Virus record (IMG/VR): IMGVR_UViG_3300015607_002850
Location: 2,512 to 66,511 of that record
Strand: one strand, 5' to 3'
Origin: a virus
DNA length: 64,000 nt
The position numbers and the translations under genes are program-made. Within the stretch, counting starts at the first letter, position 1. Every line of letters begins with the position of its first letter. The notes under the pieces were generated by a model. It made no database searches. It worked only from the letters and a program-made list of their open reading frames with translations, and was not told the origin of the DNA. Of this stretch, positions 9,505-20,121 are shown piece after piece.

Positions 9505-11430
9505 TTATCCGGTTGTTCCTTTTTTACCACCTATATTAGTTGATTGTGCGCTAGATCCACCACTTACTCCTGGTCTTTGTGTTTTTGGTCTAGCTGAATC
9601 CTTACTTGATATAAGTTTTCTTGTTACGATTGCAGTAGCTGCTGCAATTGAGTTATCTCTTATTATTCCTGGTTGTGCTGCCGCTGCCTGAGCTTGTGCT
9701 TGAGTCGCGTTAACATCTGAATTTAAGTTATTAATATTTGATAATGAGTCGTATATTTTATATAGACCACTATAAACAACTGTTGTAACACCTTGTGATG
9801 TACTTGTTATATAGAATACTGTTATACCTGATTCATATATTCTCTTAATATCTGTGAACTTATTCTTAGATACCTTGAATATAACTTGACCAATAGCTAA
9901 ATTAACCTCACCTGTTTCTGTATAAAGTGGGAATTCAGTTGTTACTTGGTCATTCTTTATAACCAATTTTATCTGACCCATATTGGTCATATCCAAATAA
10001 TTTGGTTTATTTGGGTCTCCAGTTGCTATTATAAAGTGAATTATATTATCAAATGGGAATATCATTATTTGCATTTTACCAATTCCATAGAAAGTCTTAT
10101 TGTTGAATCTAACGTTATCAGATTTAGCAACAATGTTTGCTCTATCAATTAGTACAGGGAATGGTACGTTTACTGTTTCTATTACAACATTTCCAGCTCC
10201 ACCAATACCAGCATTTGCATTTGATCCACCGCTTGTGTTTTTTGTACCTAATCCTAAAGCATTAGCTGAACCAACTAATGATGGATCAATAGAGTTCTTA
10301 ATATTATAAATCTTAGGCTTGTGTGCGTTTTTAAGATTTATCTTCATTAATGATAAACTATACTTAGATACTTGGTCTTGTAACATACCATATGATGCAT
10401 TTCTGATGATATAAGATTCATCAACAGCATCAATCAATCTCATTTCAACATCTATAATAGCAGTTGTTGTAGAGTATTTTATTATTGGTCTGAATTCAAT
10501 TGTTTCATTGAAATTATCTGTTACTGTGAATGTACTTGATTTACCTCTTATGTTTTGTTCATACATTGTTATAGTGTACTGAACATAGTATCTATTGCCT
10601 AACTCAACAGAGTTGTTAATAAACTGATTAAACTCACCTATTGAATCATTATAAGTTCCATATATCTCAAAGAAGTCACCTTGTGTTGATTCTTTTATAA
10701 CAACACCTAACTTCTCAAACTCAGGAGATTGAGGTACTGTAATAACAGTTTTTGGTGTAGTTAAATAGGTTGTTACACCATTTACTGTTTGTATTGAAGT
10801 TATAAACTGGTATTCAATAAATACCGGAGCAGTCAATGATAATCCTGTTCCATTAGTTAAATTCGCATTTATACTATTGTCTTTAGGTCTATTGTTAACT
10901 CTTTGAGCAGCTACTTCACTAACTGCTGGTATTTCTATTTGAATATTCTTACCCCATAGTTTTTCTTGGAATAAAAGAGGAGGTGAAGAAAAGTTTAAAA
11001 GATACTGTTGATTAACATCCGTCATATCAAAATAGAAATTAGACAAATCATATGTTTCTCTATTTTGGTAATCGAATGCGTAAACTTTTATGTAGAATCC
11101 AAGATACTCACCAAATGTATAATTTATTGGTAAGTGTATTTTTATTGTATCGTGTCTAACTGGTATACTTGATCCGTAATTCTTTAGTTGTAAGAATGAA
11201 TAATAATCTGGATTTACTTTACCATATTTGTTGGCTATTTGATCAATTTTGAATAATTGGTTACCAACTGTATTATTTGTACCACTTGAATCATTAGCGA
11301 TATAAGAGTACGTTTGATCTCTTGAGTTTACAAGAATATCATATGCTTCTCCTATTAAATTTCCATCATTATAAATATATTCTAAAAGAACGTCTTTATG
11401 TATTTTGACGAATTTGGATATTTTTGCCAT
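9505..11430 (-). CDS. hypothetical protein, probably virion structural (641 aa)
   Basis: Long beta-rich ORF, late-type promoter upstream, next to the tube-like gene. Confidence 0.55.
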   Translation of the reverse strand: MAKISKFVKIHKDVLLEYIYNDGNLIGEAYDILVNSRDQTYSYIANDSSGTNNTVGNQLFKIDQIANKYGKVNPDYYSFLQLKNYGSSIPVRHDTIKIHLPINYTFGEYLGFYIKVYAFDYQNRETYDLSNFYFDMTDVNQQYLLNFSSPPLLFQEKLWGKNIQIEIPAVSEVAAQRVNNRPKDNSINANLTNGTGLSLTAPVFIEYQFITSIQTVNGVTTYLTTPKTVITVPQSPEFEKLGVVIKESTQGDFFEIYGTYNDSIGEFNQFINNSVELGNRYYVQYTITMYEQNIRGKSSTFTVTDNFNETIEFRPIIKYSTTTAIIDVEMRLIDAVDESYIIRNASYGMLQDQVSKYSLSLMKINLKNAHKPKIYNIKNSIDPSLVGSANALGLGTKNTSGGSNANAGIGGAGNVVIETVNVPFPVLIDRANIVAKSDNVRFNNKTFYGIGKMQIMIFPFDNIIHFIIATGDPNKPNYLDMTNMGQIKLVIKNDQVTTEFPLYTETGEVNLAIGQVIFKVSKNKFTDIKRIYESGITVFYITSTSQGVTTVVYSGLYKIYDSLSNINNLNSDVNATQAQAQAAAAQPGIIRDNSIAAATAIVTRKLISSKDSARPKTQRPGVSGGSSAQSTNIGGKKGTTG

Positions 11431-11478
11431 TCACAAGTGGATATTTTTAAGTATATATAAAATAAGAAAACCTTTCTA

Positions 11479-11877
11479 TTAAGAAAGGCCTTCCTTTTTT
11501 AGTTCCTTGTGAATCTCATCAACTATTTGTTTGTCTGTTATACTTGGGTGTTTTTCTTTAATGAGTCTGTATAATTCTTGTTCCTCATTTCTTAACTTTT
11601 CTATTTCTAAGTTAAGAGGGTCGATTAGTTTTTCTAATCTTTCTCCTTCTTCTTCCACCTCTGTTAGTATATTCATCAATTTTTTACTAGCATCATCTAC
11701 ATTTGTAACCACTTTGTTTTTGATATTGTCTTGTAACTCACTTAGTTTCTTCATCGTGTTCTCAAGAGTCGCTAGTGTTTTTTTAGCTCTTGACTCATAA
11801 ACGCTTATATCTCTGGTTACTTTTAGATAAGTTTTTCTTATCTCAATTGCCCTTTTTATGAATCTTTCTTCTATCAT
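11479..11877 (-). CDS. coiled-coil hypothetical protein
   Basis: Heptad-rich 132 aa ORF coupled to the upstream gene. Confidence 0.7.
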   Translation of the reverse strand: MIEERFIKRAIEIRKTYLKVTRDISVYESRAKKTLATLENTMKKLSELQDNIKNKVVTNVDDASKKLMNILTEVEEEGERLEKLIDPLNLEIEKLRNEEQELYRLIKEKHPSITDKQIVDEIHKELKKEGLS

Positions 11878-12755
11878 TATTTTGATGTTTCTTTTTTAGT
11901 AGCTCTTGCTTTTTTAACTGCTGGCTTCTTTTTAGGTTCCTCATTAGTTACCTCATTTTTTGGTTCTTCTTTTGGTTCCTCTTTAGTTATTCCAGTTCCA
12001 TACACAATTTTCTTAATCTTATCTTTAACCATTTCTTTTATTTGGTCAGGATTATTTAATATGTTCTGTGTGAATTCTTCCGCTAAGAAGTCAATTATAC
12101 TAATTTCATATGAATCTTCCATCATTTCAATGAAATCCAATCTTGGGATTTTATTTGAAATTTCAATACTCATTTTGAAACTCACATTTCTTTTTACATT
12201 TCTGAACATCTGAGTGATTGGATCATCAACACTAATTCTTTGAACCTGTGGTTGTTGATATTCTCTATTTACTTCAACATGAGGTTGATTGTTTATTCTT
12301 ACTTCAGTTTTTGGTAATTCTTCATCATCTCCAAGAATTTTAGAGAATGCCTCATTTTGTTTTTGTACAGAGGAGTTATCAAATGTTGCTCCATATTTTC
12401 TAGCTAATTCTAGCTTTTCTTGTTCCGGGTCAGAAAGTATTACTGCACTTTCTTCAGCTGAAGGCAGCTGAGTAGGTCCAGATCCCATATCAATTCTAAC
12501 TGTATTTGGCTCAGATTCATCTTTCATATGAGTAGTTGGTATATTTTTGATTTTTTGTGCCAAATCATTATACGCATTTTGATTGTTGAAGAAATTCTTC
12601 ACATCAATTTGTTCAGTGTATAAGCTTGGGTTTAATAGCTCTCTGACATCCAACTTTTGTTTATTTTCAAGAATAGCAATATTTTCAAATGAATCAATTA
12701 CTCGAATTAAATCACCTGTTTTATTATTCTTAAATAACTTATTTGCAAGATTCAT
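11877..12755 (-). CDS. hypothetical protein
   Basis: 292 aa ORF, co-oriented downstream of SSB. Confidence 0.7.
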   Translation of the reverse strand: MNLANKLFKNNKTGDLIRVIDSFENIAILENKQKLDVRELLNPSLYTEQIDVKNFFNNQNAYNDLAQKIKNIPTTHMKDESEPNTVRIDMGSGPTQLPSAEESAVILSDPEQEKLELARKYGATFDNSSVQKQNEAFSKILGDDEELPKTEVRINNQPHVEVNREYQQPQVQRISVDDPITQMFRNVKRNVSFKMSIEISNKIPRLDFIEMMEDSYEISIIDFLAEEFTQNILNNPDQIKEMVKDKIKKIVYGTGITKEEPKEEPKNEVTNEEPKKKPAVKKARATKKETSK

Positions 12756-12827
12756 AATATCTAATTTATTTTTAAGGAGAAAAAAAGGTCACATATATAT
12801 TAGTGACCTTTTATTTCCTCTTATTAA

Positions 12828-13790
12828 TTAAAACTCATTGAAGAAGTCATCTTCATCAGATGATGAGCTGTTTGATGATTTTTTAGTATCAAAGTTGTCT
12901 TCAAAGTCAAAATCTTCAGATGAAGGTTTTGCTTCAGCCTTAGCCGCAGTGAAGCTGCTAGATGCCTTACCAGTCATGAAGTTAATGATTTCATTAATCT
13001 TAGCCTGTTGTTGGTCATCAAGTTTCTTAGGTGCGTACTCTTCTAAATCGTGATCTCTCTCAAGTAAGAAGTCTTTAATTTTAGATTGTACACCTGGGTC
13101 AATTTTACCATCAACTAGAGGGGCATTTTTGAATGCTTGTTTCTCTTTGAAGTAGATAGGTAAAGAAGATGTCTCAGGTTTGAACATTGACATTTTATAG
13201 TCAGGGTATGTTTCGTCACCTGTTTGAATTTCTTTTACAACAAGAACGAAATCTTTACCAGCTGATAAATCAAAAACGTTAACTGGAACGCCACTGATTT
13301 CACCGTTTCTTTCAGCTGAAATTTTATCCTTAATTGTTTTACCATATTGGAAAATCATAATTTTTCCAACTAATTCTGGTTGTTGCTCATCTTCAAGAAC
13401 AAGAACATAAGAATAGTATTTCTTAGAATACTTTAATTGCTTAGCCTTCTCTACAAGAATTGCGTTTTTAGAGTTAGTCATTGTGTAGTAAAGGTCTGTT
13501 AAAGGACACTTTTCGTTGAAGTTTTTTGGACTATCAAACCAACCGCTTAACTCTTTTGGGTTTTTAATATCAACATAGTGAGTGATTTTCTCAATTGCTG
13601 ATTGACCAACTTTTCCATCTTTGGTCAAGTTAGGAAGAAATCTTACTACTGATCTCCATCCTCTTTTTTTGTCTTTAACTTTAGACATATCAACTCTGTA
13701 AATACCATCTGAGTTTACTGTCTTTGCTTCGTTTAAGAAGTCCATTTTGGAATCCAAACTGCCGTTAAATAATTCATCTAATTCTGCCAT
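12828..13790 (-). CDS. T4 gp32-like single-stranded DNA-binding protein
   Basis: VVRFLP, CPLTD, YYSYVLVLED..PELVGKIMIFQYGKTI.DKI, FDL..GKDF.L; acidic C-tail DEDDFFNEF. Confidence 0.8.
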   Translation of the reverse strand: MAELDELFNGSLDSKMDFLNEAKTVNSDGIYRVDMSKVKDKKRGWRSVVRFLPNLTKDGKVGQSAIEKITHYVDIKNPKELSGWFDSPKNFNEKCPLTDLYYTMTNSKNAILVEKAKQLKYSKKYYSYVLVLEDEQQPELVGKIMIFQYGKTIKDKISAERNGEISGVPVNVFDLSAGKDFVLVVKEIQTGDETYPDYKMSMFKPETSSLPIYFKEKQAFKNAPLVDGKIDPGVQSKIKDFLLERDHDLEEYAPKKLDDQQQAKINEIINFMTGKASSSFTAAKAEAKPSSEDFDFEDNFDTKKSSNSSSSDEDDFFNEF

Positions 13791-13896
13791 ATATTGCCGA
13801 TTATTTTTAATATACCAAGTCAGTTACGACTTGATTAATAATTATATTAAGTGATAAATAAAAGTTTAGGAAATTACTTGTATATAAGAAAAAAAA

Positions 13897-14747
13897 TTAT
13901 AACTTTAATAGAATCTTAAATGTATAATCATGTATGTCAATATTATCATCATATTTCCTATCTCCTCTTGTATTGTCAAATATAACTTCTTCGTAGTCCA
14001 AATCGTGTAAAATGGATGGTAATATCTTATCTATTTGTGATTCTATTTGTCTTAGATTCATTTTGATATTATCTTCTGGTCCTCCTCCAATAGATACATA
14101 TATTCCTGGTCTATACATATCAATTAAATTGTCGGTATTGTATTTGTTCTTTTTTGATAGGTCAAATGTTGATATCCTTGAGTTATTTGGCATCACAGAA
14201 TTTCTAAGTACCATATTATATACATGGTATTTAGAGATATCAAAATTGCAACATTGATACTTTTCATCAGTCACATACCTTTCACTATCATTCATCCTTA
14301 GCTTTATACTTGGATATCCTATGTATAGTGTTGGATATATTATCTCCTTTATCATATGTAATATCAGATGGTTGTATGACTTACTATAATCATATGATAT
14401 TGATCCACTATATCTATAGCTGCTTTTAGAATCATAATTCTCATAGTCACCATATAACACAGACTTCATTACATATTTTGTCTTATCTGAATATTCATCA
14501 AATATCTCATATAGCCTATCATTTATATAGTCTATGTCAACTTTATCCAAAGAATTGTTAATTTTGGATATTCTTTCCTCTATTTTCTCAAAGTATCCTT
14601 TTCCTATAAAAATATCTGAGTACTTCTTTAATTCGCCCATTGGAAATTGCATATGACCCCATTGATATCTCTTAAGATCCTCAAACCAATCATAGATATC
14701 ATATTCTTTCTCTCTGATATTTCTTGATAATTTTTTATATACTTCAT
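13897..14747 (-). CDS. hypothetical protein with an apparent 1-nt frameshift near the 5' end
   Basis: ATG 14747 (MKYIKNYQEISE, coupled to upstream TGA) is 1 nt out of frame with EYDIYDWFEDLKRYQWGHMQF... ending at 13897. Confidence 0.55.
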
Positions 14748-15529
14748 TCCTGTCTAATAACTTTTATTCTTTCAGATTGATATTTCATAATATCAACACT
14801 CTGATGTTGATTTAAGAAGTCAACAATCGCTTGATACATTTGCATAGCTATCTTACAATCAGTTAAAGCATCGTGGTATCCGGACATATTTAGTCCAAGA
14901 GCCGGACCTATTTTACTCATTGATGATGAAACTAATCCACCATCTCTCTCAGATGTTCCTATTTTAGATACAAGAGCTTTATATTTCTCATCTGTCTCAG
15001 CTAATGTTTGAATTAATGGTAAATAATATAATTGAATTAGCCTTTTCGTGTCTAATACCTCATTCTTTATTTTATGCCCAAATCTACCACCCAACATAGT
15101 CATATCAAATCCGGCATTTTGAGCTATTAATAAACAAGGTGAATATTGTTCTATCCAGTTAAAAAAACCATCTACTATTTCTTTCTCATCTTTGTATTTA
15201 TAATTGCCAGAACCATAGTGGTTAAAACTAAGTATTCTTCTACTATCGTCACCTGGTGTTGAATATCTCTTTTTAATATCTGGTGTTAACTTTATCTTCT
15301 CGTCAAATGATGCAATATTTGTAAATTGATTTTGGTTGAAATTATAATCAGTAGCTATTGCTGACACTTGAGTCAGTTGTTCAATTTTAGGACCATTTAA
15401 ACCTGTTGTCTCGGTGTCAATCCATATCCAAGTCAGGTCTGACTTTGATTCCAACCATGATAATATTTCTGGTATAGTCTTATACCACATTTTATTCTCA
15501 TTAATTAATTCACCAAACTTTAATATCAT
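14744..15529 (-). CDS. DEDDh 3'-5' exonuclease (DnaQ-like)
   Basis: WIDTETTG, AQNAGFD, VLDT, YHDALTDC. Confidence 0.85.
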   Translation of the reverse strand: MILKFGELINENKMWYKTIPEILSWLESKSDLTWIWIDTETTGLNGPKIEQLTQVSAIATDYNFNQNQFTNIASFDEKIKLTPDIKKRYSTPGDDSRRILSFNHYGSGNYKYKDEKEIVDGFFNWIEQYSPCLLIAQNAGFDMTMLGGRFGHKIKNEVLDTKRLIQLYYLPLIQTLAETDEKYKALVSKIGTSERDGGLVSSSMSKIGPALGLNMSGYHDALTDCKIAMQMYQAIVDFLNQHQSVDIMKYQSERIKVIRQE

Positions 15530-16068
15530 ATATTGAAATATACTTTTTGGCCTTCTGGTGTTGAGTATTTAACCTGACCAATGTCAGTAAATGTGTGCTT
15601 GTAATTTGGATTAACGTATTTTTTACCAGTTCCTTTCTTAACATAAGATATTGTTATGTGTGGTTTATATACTGGATACTCGTCTGAATTAGGAAATTCT
15701 TTTAACTTATCGTGAAGTTCTTGTAAAGCACCATCTGCTTTCACATTTAGTTTAACTACATCGAATTCTTCATTTTCAAATATACCCACACCATCCACTT
15801 CAACGTGTATCTCACCATGGAAGTTATCGAATACTGATTTTACTTGTTCGGGTGTTACGCCTTTGTGTAATCCATAAAGTATTGTAACGTGTGGATCTGT
15901 TTCTATTCCATGTGACGGATCTTCTGGAAGATATACATCATTTGGATCTATTGATTTTGTTAGATCGTCCCAGTTTTGGATGTTGAGTTCGAGCATTACG
16001 CACCCGTATTTGTACAGGGAGCCTGATTTTCCCTCTTTCATAAATTGAAGGTATCTTTTTATATACAT
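15526..16068 (-). CDS. 2H phosphoesterase (T4 57B/Acb1-like)
   Basis: Two HxT motifs: PHVTILYG and YKPHITISY. Confidence 0.75.
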   Translation of the reverse strand: MYIKRYLQFMKEGKSGSLYKYGCVMLELNIQNWDDLTKSIDPNDVYLPEDPSHGIETDPHVTILYGLHKGVTPEQVKSVFDNFHGEIHVEVDGVGIFENEEFDVVKLNVKADGALQELHDKLKEFPNSDEYPVYKPHITISYVKKGTGKKYVNPNYKHTFTDIGQVKYSTPEGQKVYFNI

Positions 16069-16138
16069 AATGAATTATATATTATAGTTTTATTTTAACT
16101 AATCAAAAAAGATTTATATCTTTGTAAAAAATATTTTT

Positions 16139-16330
16139 ATGGCAAGAGAAAAGGATATTATAAGACTTGAAAAAGAGATTAGATCAAAAATGATGCAAAT
16201 CAAGAGTAAGAAAATTACCCCGAAGGATTCCGGTATTGGTAAGTTAATAAACCTAATGAAATCTTTTGATGAGCCGTTATTTGATAAAATAATGGATGAC
16301 TATAAGAAAGTATTAAGTGAATTAAAATAA
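16139..16330 (+). CDS. hypothetical protein
   Basis: 63 aa ORF after TATCTTTG box at 16117-16124. Confidence 0.65.
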   Translation: MAREKDIIRLEKEIRSKMMQIKSKKITPKDSGIGKLINLMKSFDEPLFDKIMDDYKKVLSELK

Positions 16331-16340
16331 AAAAGGGGAA

Positions 16341-16865
16341 TTACTTCCCCTTCTTATTCCCACCTCTAAATGGTGATGTTAAATGTTTCAAATTCCAATT
16401 TTGTACAAATGATTGGTTCTTCTTTTGGAACTCCTCATATGATTCTATTCCAGTATCAATTGGATTTTGTATATATGCTATATTAGCACCTTGCTTGTTC
16501 ATATCAGAAACTTTATCTCCAATATCTGTTCCCTTTGTAGCCTTTCTTATTTTCTTTAATTGGTCTACTGTTGATTGTCTTGGTAGAGCTCCCTCTTTTA
16601 ATCCATCAGATAATGATATAGAACCATCTTCGTTGAATACTGCAAAAGCTGTATCATCAACGATAGGAACTTCTTGACCAACCAAATCAGGGTTGATATT
16701 TTCTGGTCCAAATGTTTTTACTGATTTTACACCATTGTCATCAACAACAAAGTCAAAAGTATCATTTGTGTTATTTCTTATTAAAGCCTTAATTCTACCT
16801 TTTACAGATATGAACTCAGATACACCACCGAATGGTTTAAGTCTTGCTCTTACTATGCGAATCAT
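16341..16865 (-). CDS. hypothetical protein
   Basis: 174 aa ORF overlapping the HNH stop. Confidence 0.65.
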   Translation of the reverse strand: MIRIVRARLKPFGGVSEFISVKGRIKALIRNNTNDTFDFVVDDNGVKSVKTFGPENINPDLVGQEVPIVDDTAFAVFNEDGSISLSDGLKEGALPRQSTVDQLKKIRKATKGTDIGDKVSDMNKQGANIAYIQNPIDTGIESYEEFQKKNQSFVQNWNLKHLTSPFRGGNKKGK

Positions 16866-17449
16866 ATAATTTTATTACTTTTTGATAAATTCTCAAATGC
16901 CCAAAGTGGCTGAAAATTTTTATAATTATTTAGATTGTAGATATCACTCTCATTGATAGATATGCTTATTGGAATTATGTGATCTAAATGCCATTCGCCA
17001 TAATTTTCCCATGTCATGCCTTCTTTGAATTTACTTTCTATGAATATTTTAAATTCATTAAATGAAATCCCTAATATTTTTTCAGTTTTTGAGTTTTTTT
17101 TATATCCTCTTCTTTTTATAGATGTACTTATTAGTCTTCTTATTGACACAGTTAGCTTAAATAGAGGATCATGAGATTTTCTTTTCTTATTATACTCGTT
17201 AGCTTTTTTATTGTGTATTTCTTTATTTTCTAAATACTGCTTTCTATTCAGTTCCTTTTTCCTATCTTTATTGAACTCATTCCATTCTCGACTTCTTTCG
17301 TTGCTTTGTTCTTTGTGACTATTGTGGTATTTTTTATTATTTTCTTTCCTATTTGGATTTTCCTTAGCACGTTTATTTATTGACTTTTTATTTTTTTTAT
17401 AATAGTCTTTAAAATATTCCTTCTGCTTTTCCTTATCCTTAAATGGCAT
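16862..17449 (-). CDS. HNH homing endonuclease (basic helical N-terminus)
   Basis: GMTWENYGEWHLDHIIPIS...NYKNFQPLWAFENLSKSN. Confidence 0.85.
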   Translation of the reverse strand: MPFKDKEKQKEYFKDYYKKNKKSINKRAKENPNRKENNKKYHNSHKEQSNERSREWNEFNKDRKKELNRKQYLENKEIHNKKANEYNKKRKSHDPLFKLTVSIRRLISTSIKRRGYKKNSKTEKILGISFNEFKIFIESKFKEGMTWENYGEWHLDHIIPISISINESDIYNLNNYKNFQPLWAFENLSKSNKII

Positions 17450-17973
17450 TATATTACTTTTGTTTTATTGACAACCTCATATATGATGGCTTCTTTTAAA
17501 CTTCTATCATCAGTATATTCTTCGTCTATTATAGATTGCAATTTTGAAATTGCTTCATCCATATTTGATGCATCTATCTCAATTACATCTATACCACATC
17601 CAATAGTATAGTCACATCCTTCACCTTTTTGATGAAGTTCTGCTATGAATTTAGCATCACCCATTTCAGATTCTTCCTCTGACTGAGCTTGGATTGGATT
17701 TTCCTCTTGTGATTCTTCTCCTTCCCATTTACCCATTGGGTCTAACATCTCATTGAACTTCTTTAGTTTACCACCATCTTTAGATAGGAAATTCTCACCA
17801 TCTAATTTTCTATTAGAAGGCTTAGAGTACTTCTTACTAACTTTTGGATCACTAAGTGAGTCATCAGCATCTATTTTCTTTGCTGCCTTTGGCTTTACAT
17901 GATCTTGCTTCTTCATATCCTTAGATAAGTTTTGAGCTTTGTCATTAATTGGATGTTTCTTTATATGCTTCAT
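17449..17973 (-). CDS. hypothetical protein
   Basis: 174 aa ORF, late-type promoter upstream. Confidence 0.65.
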   Translation of the reverse strand: MKHIKKHPINDKAQNLSKDMKKQDHVKPKAAKKIDADDSLSDPKVSKKYSKPSNRKLDGENFLSKDGGKLKKFNEMLDPMGKWEGEESQEENPIQAQSEEESEMGDAKFIAELHQKGEGCDYTIGCGIDVIEIDASNMDEAISKLQSIIDEEYTDDRSLKEAIIYEVVNKTKVI

Positions 17974-18039
17974 ATACAGATTTATTTTGTTGTATTATAT
18001 ATTATTTATTAAAAATCATATTCTACTTCTATAAAAAAG

Positions 18040-18068
18040 AAAAACCCTCACAGTTGTGAGGGTTTTTT
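18040..18068. terminator. intrinsic terminator after nrdB
   Basis: AAAACCCTCACA-GT-TGTGAGGGTTTT inverted repeat with A/T tails. Confidence 0.75.
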
Positions 18069-18088
18069 CATTCTTTGTTTTCAAATTG

Positions 18089-19054
18089 TTAGAAATCTTC
18101 CGATAGGTTATCGAAGTCAATATTCTTATCAGATACTTTTTGGTATTCAGAAACTCTTTTTTCAAAGAAGTTTGTTTTACCTTGAAGTGAAATCATATCC
18201 ATAAAATCAAATGGATTTGATGAATTGTAAACCTTTGAACATCCAAGTTCAACTAACCAGAAGTCAGCTACATACTCGATGTATTGTTTCATTAGTTTAT
18301 CATTCATTCCTATTAAAGCAACTGGTAAAGATTCACTTACGAATTCTTTTTCAATTTCAACTGCTTCACAAATGATTTCTTTGATTCTAGCCTCAGATAC
18401 CTTATTTTGAACATATTTGCTATGTAATAAACATGCAAACTTACAATGTAATCCTTCATCTCTTGAGATTAACTCATTAGAGAATGAAAGACCAGGCATT
18501 AAACCTCTCTTCTTTAACCAGAAAATTGAACAGAAAGAACCTGAGAAGAATATTCCTTCCACAGCAGCAAATGCTATTAGTCTTTCTGCAAAAGATTCTG
18601 ATCCTATCCACTTCAATGCCCAATTAGCCTTCTTACTAACAGAAGGAACTGTCTGAATGGCATTGAACAAATAGTCTCTTTCTTTTGAATCCTTGATATA
18701 AGTATCAATTAAAAGAGAGTAGGTTTCTGAGTGAATATTTTCAATTGCAATTTGAAAACCGTAATAACATTTAGCCTCTGGGTATTGAACTTCTTTGAGA
18801 AAGTTTTCAGCTAAATTCTCATTTACTATTCCATCAGAAGCGGCGAAAAATGCTAATACGTGTTTAATATAGTGACGCTCATCATCGTTTAATTTATCGT
18901 TCCAGTCAGCTAAATCCTGAGCTAAATCGATTTCTTCAGCTGTCCAAAATGAATGTTCAGCTGTTTTATACATTTCCCAAATATCATTGTACTTCAAAGG
19001 AAATAATACGAATCTGTTTGGGTTTTCTGTTAAAATGTGTTCTTTATTTTCCAT
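18089..19054 (-). CDS. nrdB: ribonucleotide reductase class Ia beta subunit
   Basis: [57 protein letters not shown]. Confidence 0.97.
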   Translation of the reverse strand: MENKEHILTENPNRFVLFPLKYNDIWEMYKTAEHSFWTAEEIDLAQDLADWNDKLNDDERHYIKHVLAFFAASDGIVNENLAENFLKEVQYPEAKCYYGFQIAIENIHSETYSLLIDTYIKDSKERDYLFNAIQTVPSVSKKANWALKWIGSESFAERLIAFAAVEGIFFSGSFCSIFWLKKRGLMPGLSFSNELISRDEGLHCKFACLLHSKYVQNKVSEARIKEIICEAVEIEKEFVSESLPVALIGMNDKLMKQYIEYVADFWLVELGCSKVYNSSNPFDFMDMISLQGKTNFFEKRVSEYQKVSDKNIDFDNLSEDF

Positions 19055-19142
19055 ACTTTTTATATTAAAATATTTTTTAATGTTTAGAGCTTGTTTAATT
19101 TTTGTATTTTTTCTATATTTATATTTAGTTTAGTTTAAAAAG

Positions 19143-19466
19143 TTGAAAAATAAGAGAGATACCTATGCGAGTCTTTTTATTGAGATGGCTAAAAATAAGC
19201 CATCAAGGGAACAATTCTGTCAATTTTTAATTGATAGCTTTGAAAAGTCCGATAAAGAAACTATTATTGTCGCATCGATAGATTATGCTCTTATAACTCA
19301 AAACTATGATGTATATGATGTTTTAGTTAATGAGTTTATGGTATCTTCAAGTCTTTTTTCAATTAGAGCCAGAAATGAAAAACATTCGGGTAATATCGAA
19401 AAGATAAAAGACTTTTTTAGACAAATTAAAATACAAACAATTTTAAGTAGTAAAGATGAGTATTAA
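19143..19466 (+). CDS. hypothetical protein with C-terminal RxxKIxxIL tag
   Basis: 107 aa ORF ending FRQIKIQTILSSKDEY. Confidence 0.6.
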   Translation: MKNKRDTYASLFIEMAKNKPSREQFCQFLIDSFEKSDKETIIVASIDYALITQNYDVYDVLVNEFMVSSSLFSIRARNEKHSGNIEKIKDFFRQIKIQTILSSKDEY

Positions 19467-20007
19467 GTACGGTAAATATAAAAGCCTAAAGAGATTAAAG
19501 GACGCATTAATAAGCAACGCATTTTTGAATCAAGTTGATGCGTTTAAGACTAATTACGGAATGTTGTCTGTAACTGATCCTTTAGTTAAAGATAAATTTA
19601 AGAACAACCTTATAGACCACGCTATTAAGAATGCTTCTCTTGATGTTGCTGAAATCCTTATAAAGGATGGTGCTATGTGTAATTATAACTCTTGCATCTA
19701 TGAATGTAATTGGAATAAACTTGACAAGGTATATACACTTATCAATGATCTACACACCAAGTATGGTTCATTCACAATGAATACTGTTCATATGCACAAA
19801 GGTATGATAATTAATAGGTTATTGGACCCTGAGAAGGCGCATACTAATAGAGAAAGATTGTCTTATGTTATTGAGTTACTAAGAGTTGGATTTTTAGATG
19901 CTGATGAGATAAAAGCGGCAGCAGATAAATTATACAACGACCATAAATATCAAGGTGAATTTAAGCAATTCACAAGAGAATTAATTTTGAATGAGTTAGG
20001 TATTTAA
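19456..20007 (+). CDS. hypothetical protein with an ankyrin-like repeat
   Basis: NLIDHAIKNASLDVAEILIKDGA; ends TRELILNELGI. Confidence 0.55.
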   Translation: MSIKYGKYKSLKRLKDALISNAFLNQVDAFKTNYGMLSVTDPLVKDKFKNNLIDHAIKNASLDVAEILIKDGAMCNYNSCIYECNWNKLDKVYTLINDLHTKYGSFTMNTVHMHKGMIINRLLDPEKAHTNRERLSYVIELLRVGFLDADEIKAAADKLYNDHKYQGEFKQFTRELILNELGI

Positions 20008-20107
20008 AAGCGAAAACACCGAGGAGCGAATTCGGTGTTTTCTATAGCCGTTAGACTATACCGGTCCCAAGTTGGGGCTCTAAGGCCCGCCGGTTACGAT
20101 TTATAAG
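20007..20107 (-). ncRNA. candidate structured non-coding RNA
   Basis: GC-rich intergenic island with three or more stems, directly downstream of minus-strand TAATATATA (20117-20109). Confidence 0.55.
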
Positions 20108-20121
20108 ATATATATTAAGAA

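Noticed and set aside
16862..17449. Target-copy operator for this HNH gene (and for HNH 44836-45519)
   Set aside because: Both are translationally coupled to the upstream gene with no intergenic space or promoter box; no duplicated neighbour peptide was seen.
20007..20107. tRNA gene
   Set aside because: No cloverleaf, T-loop GTTC or CCA end; kept only as a generic ncRNA candidate.
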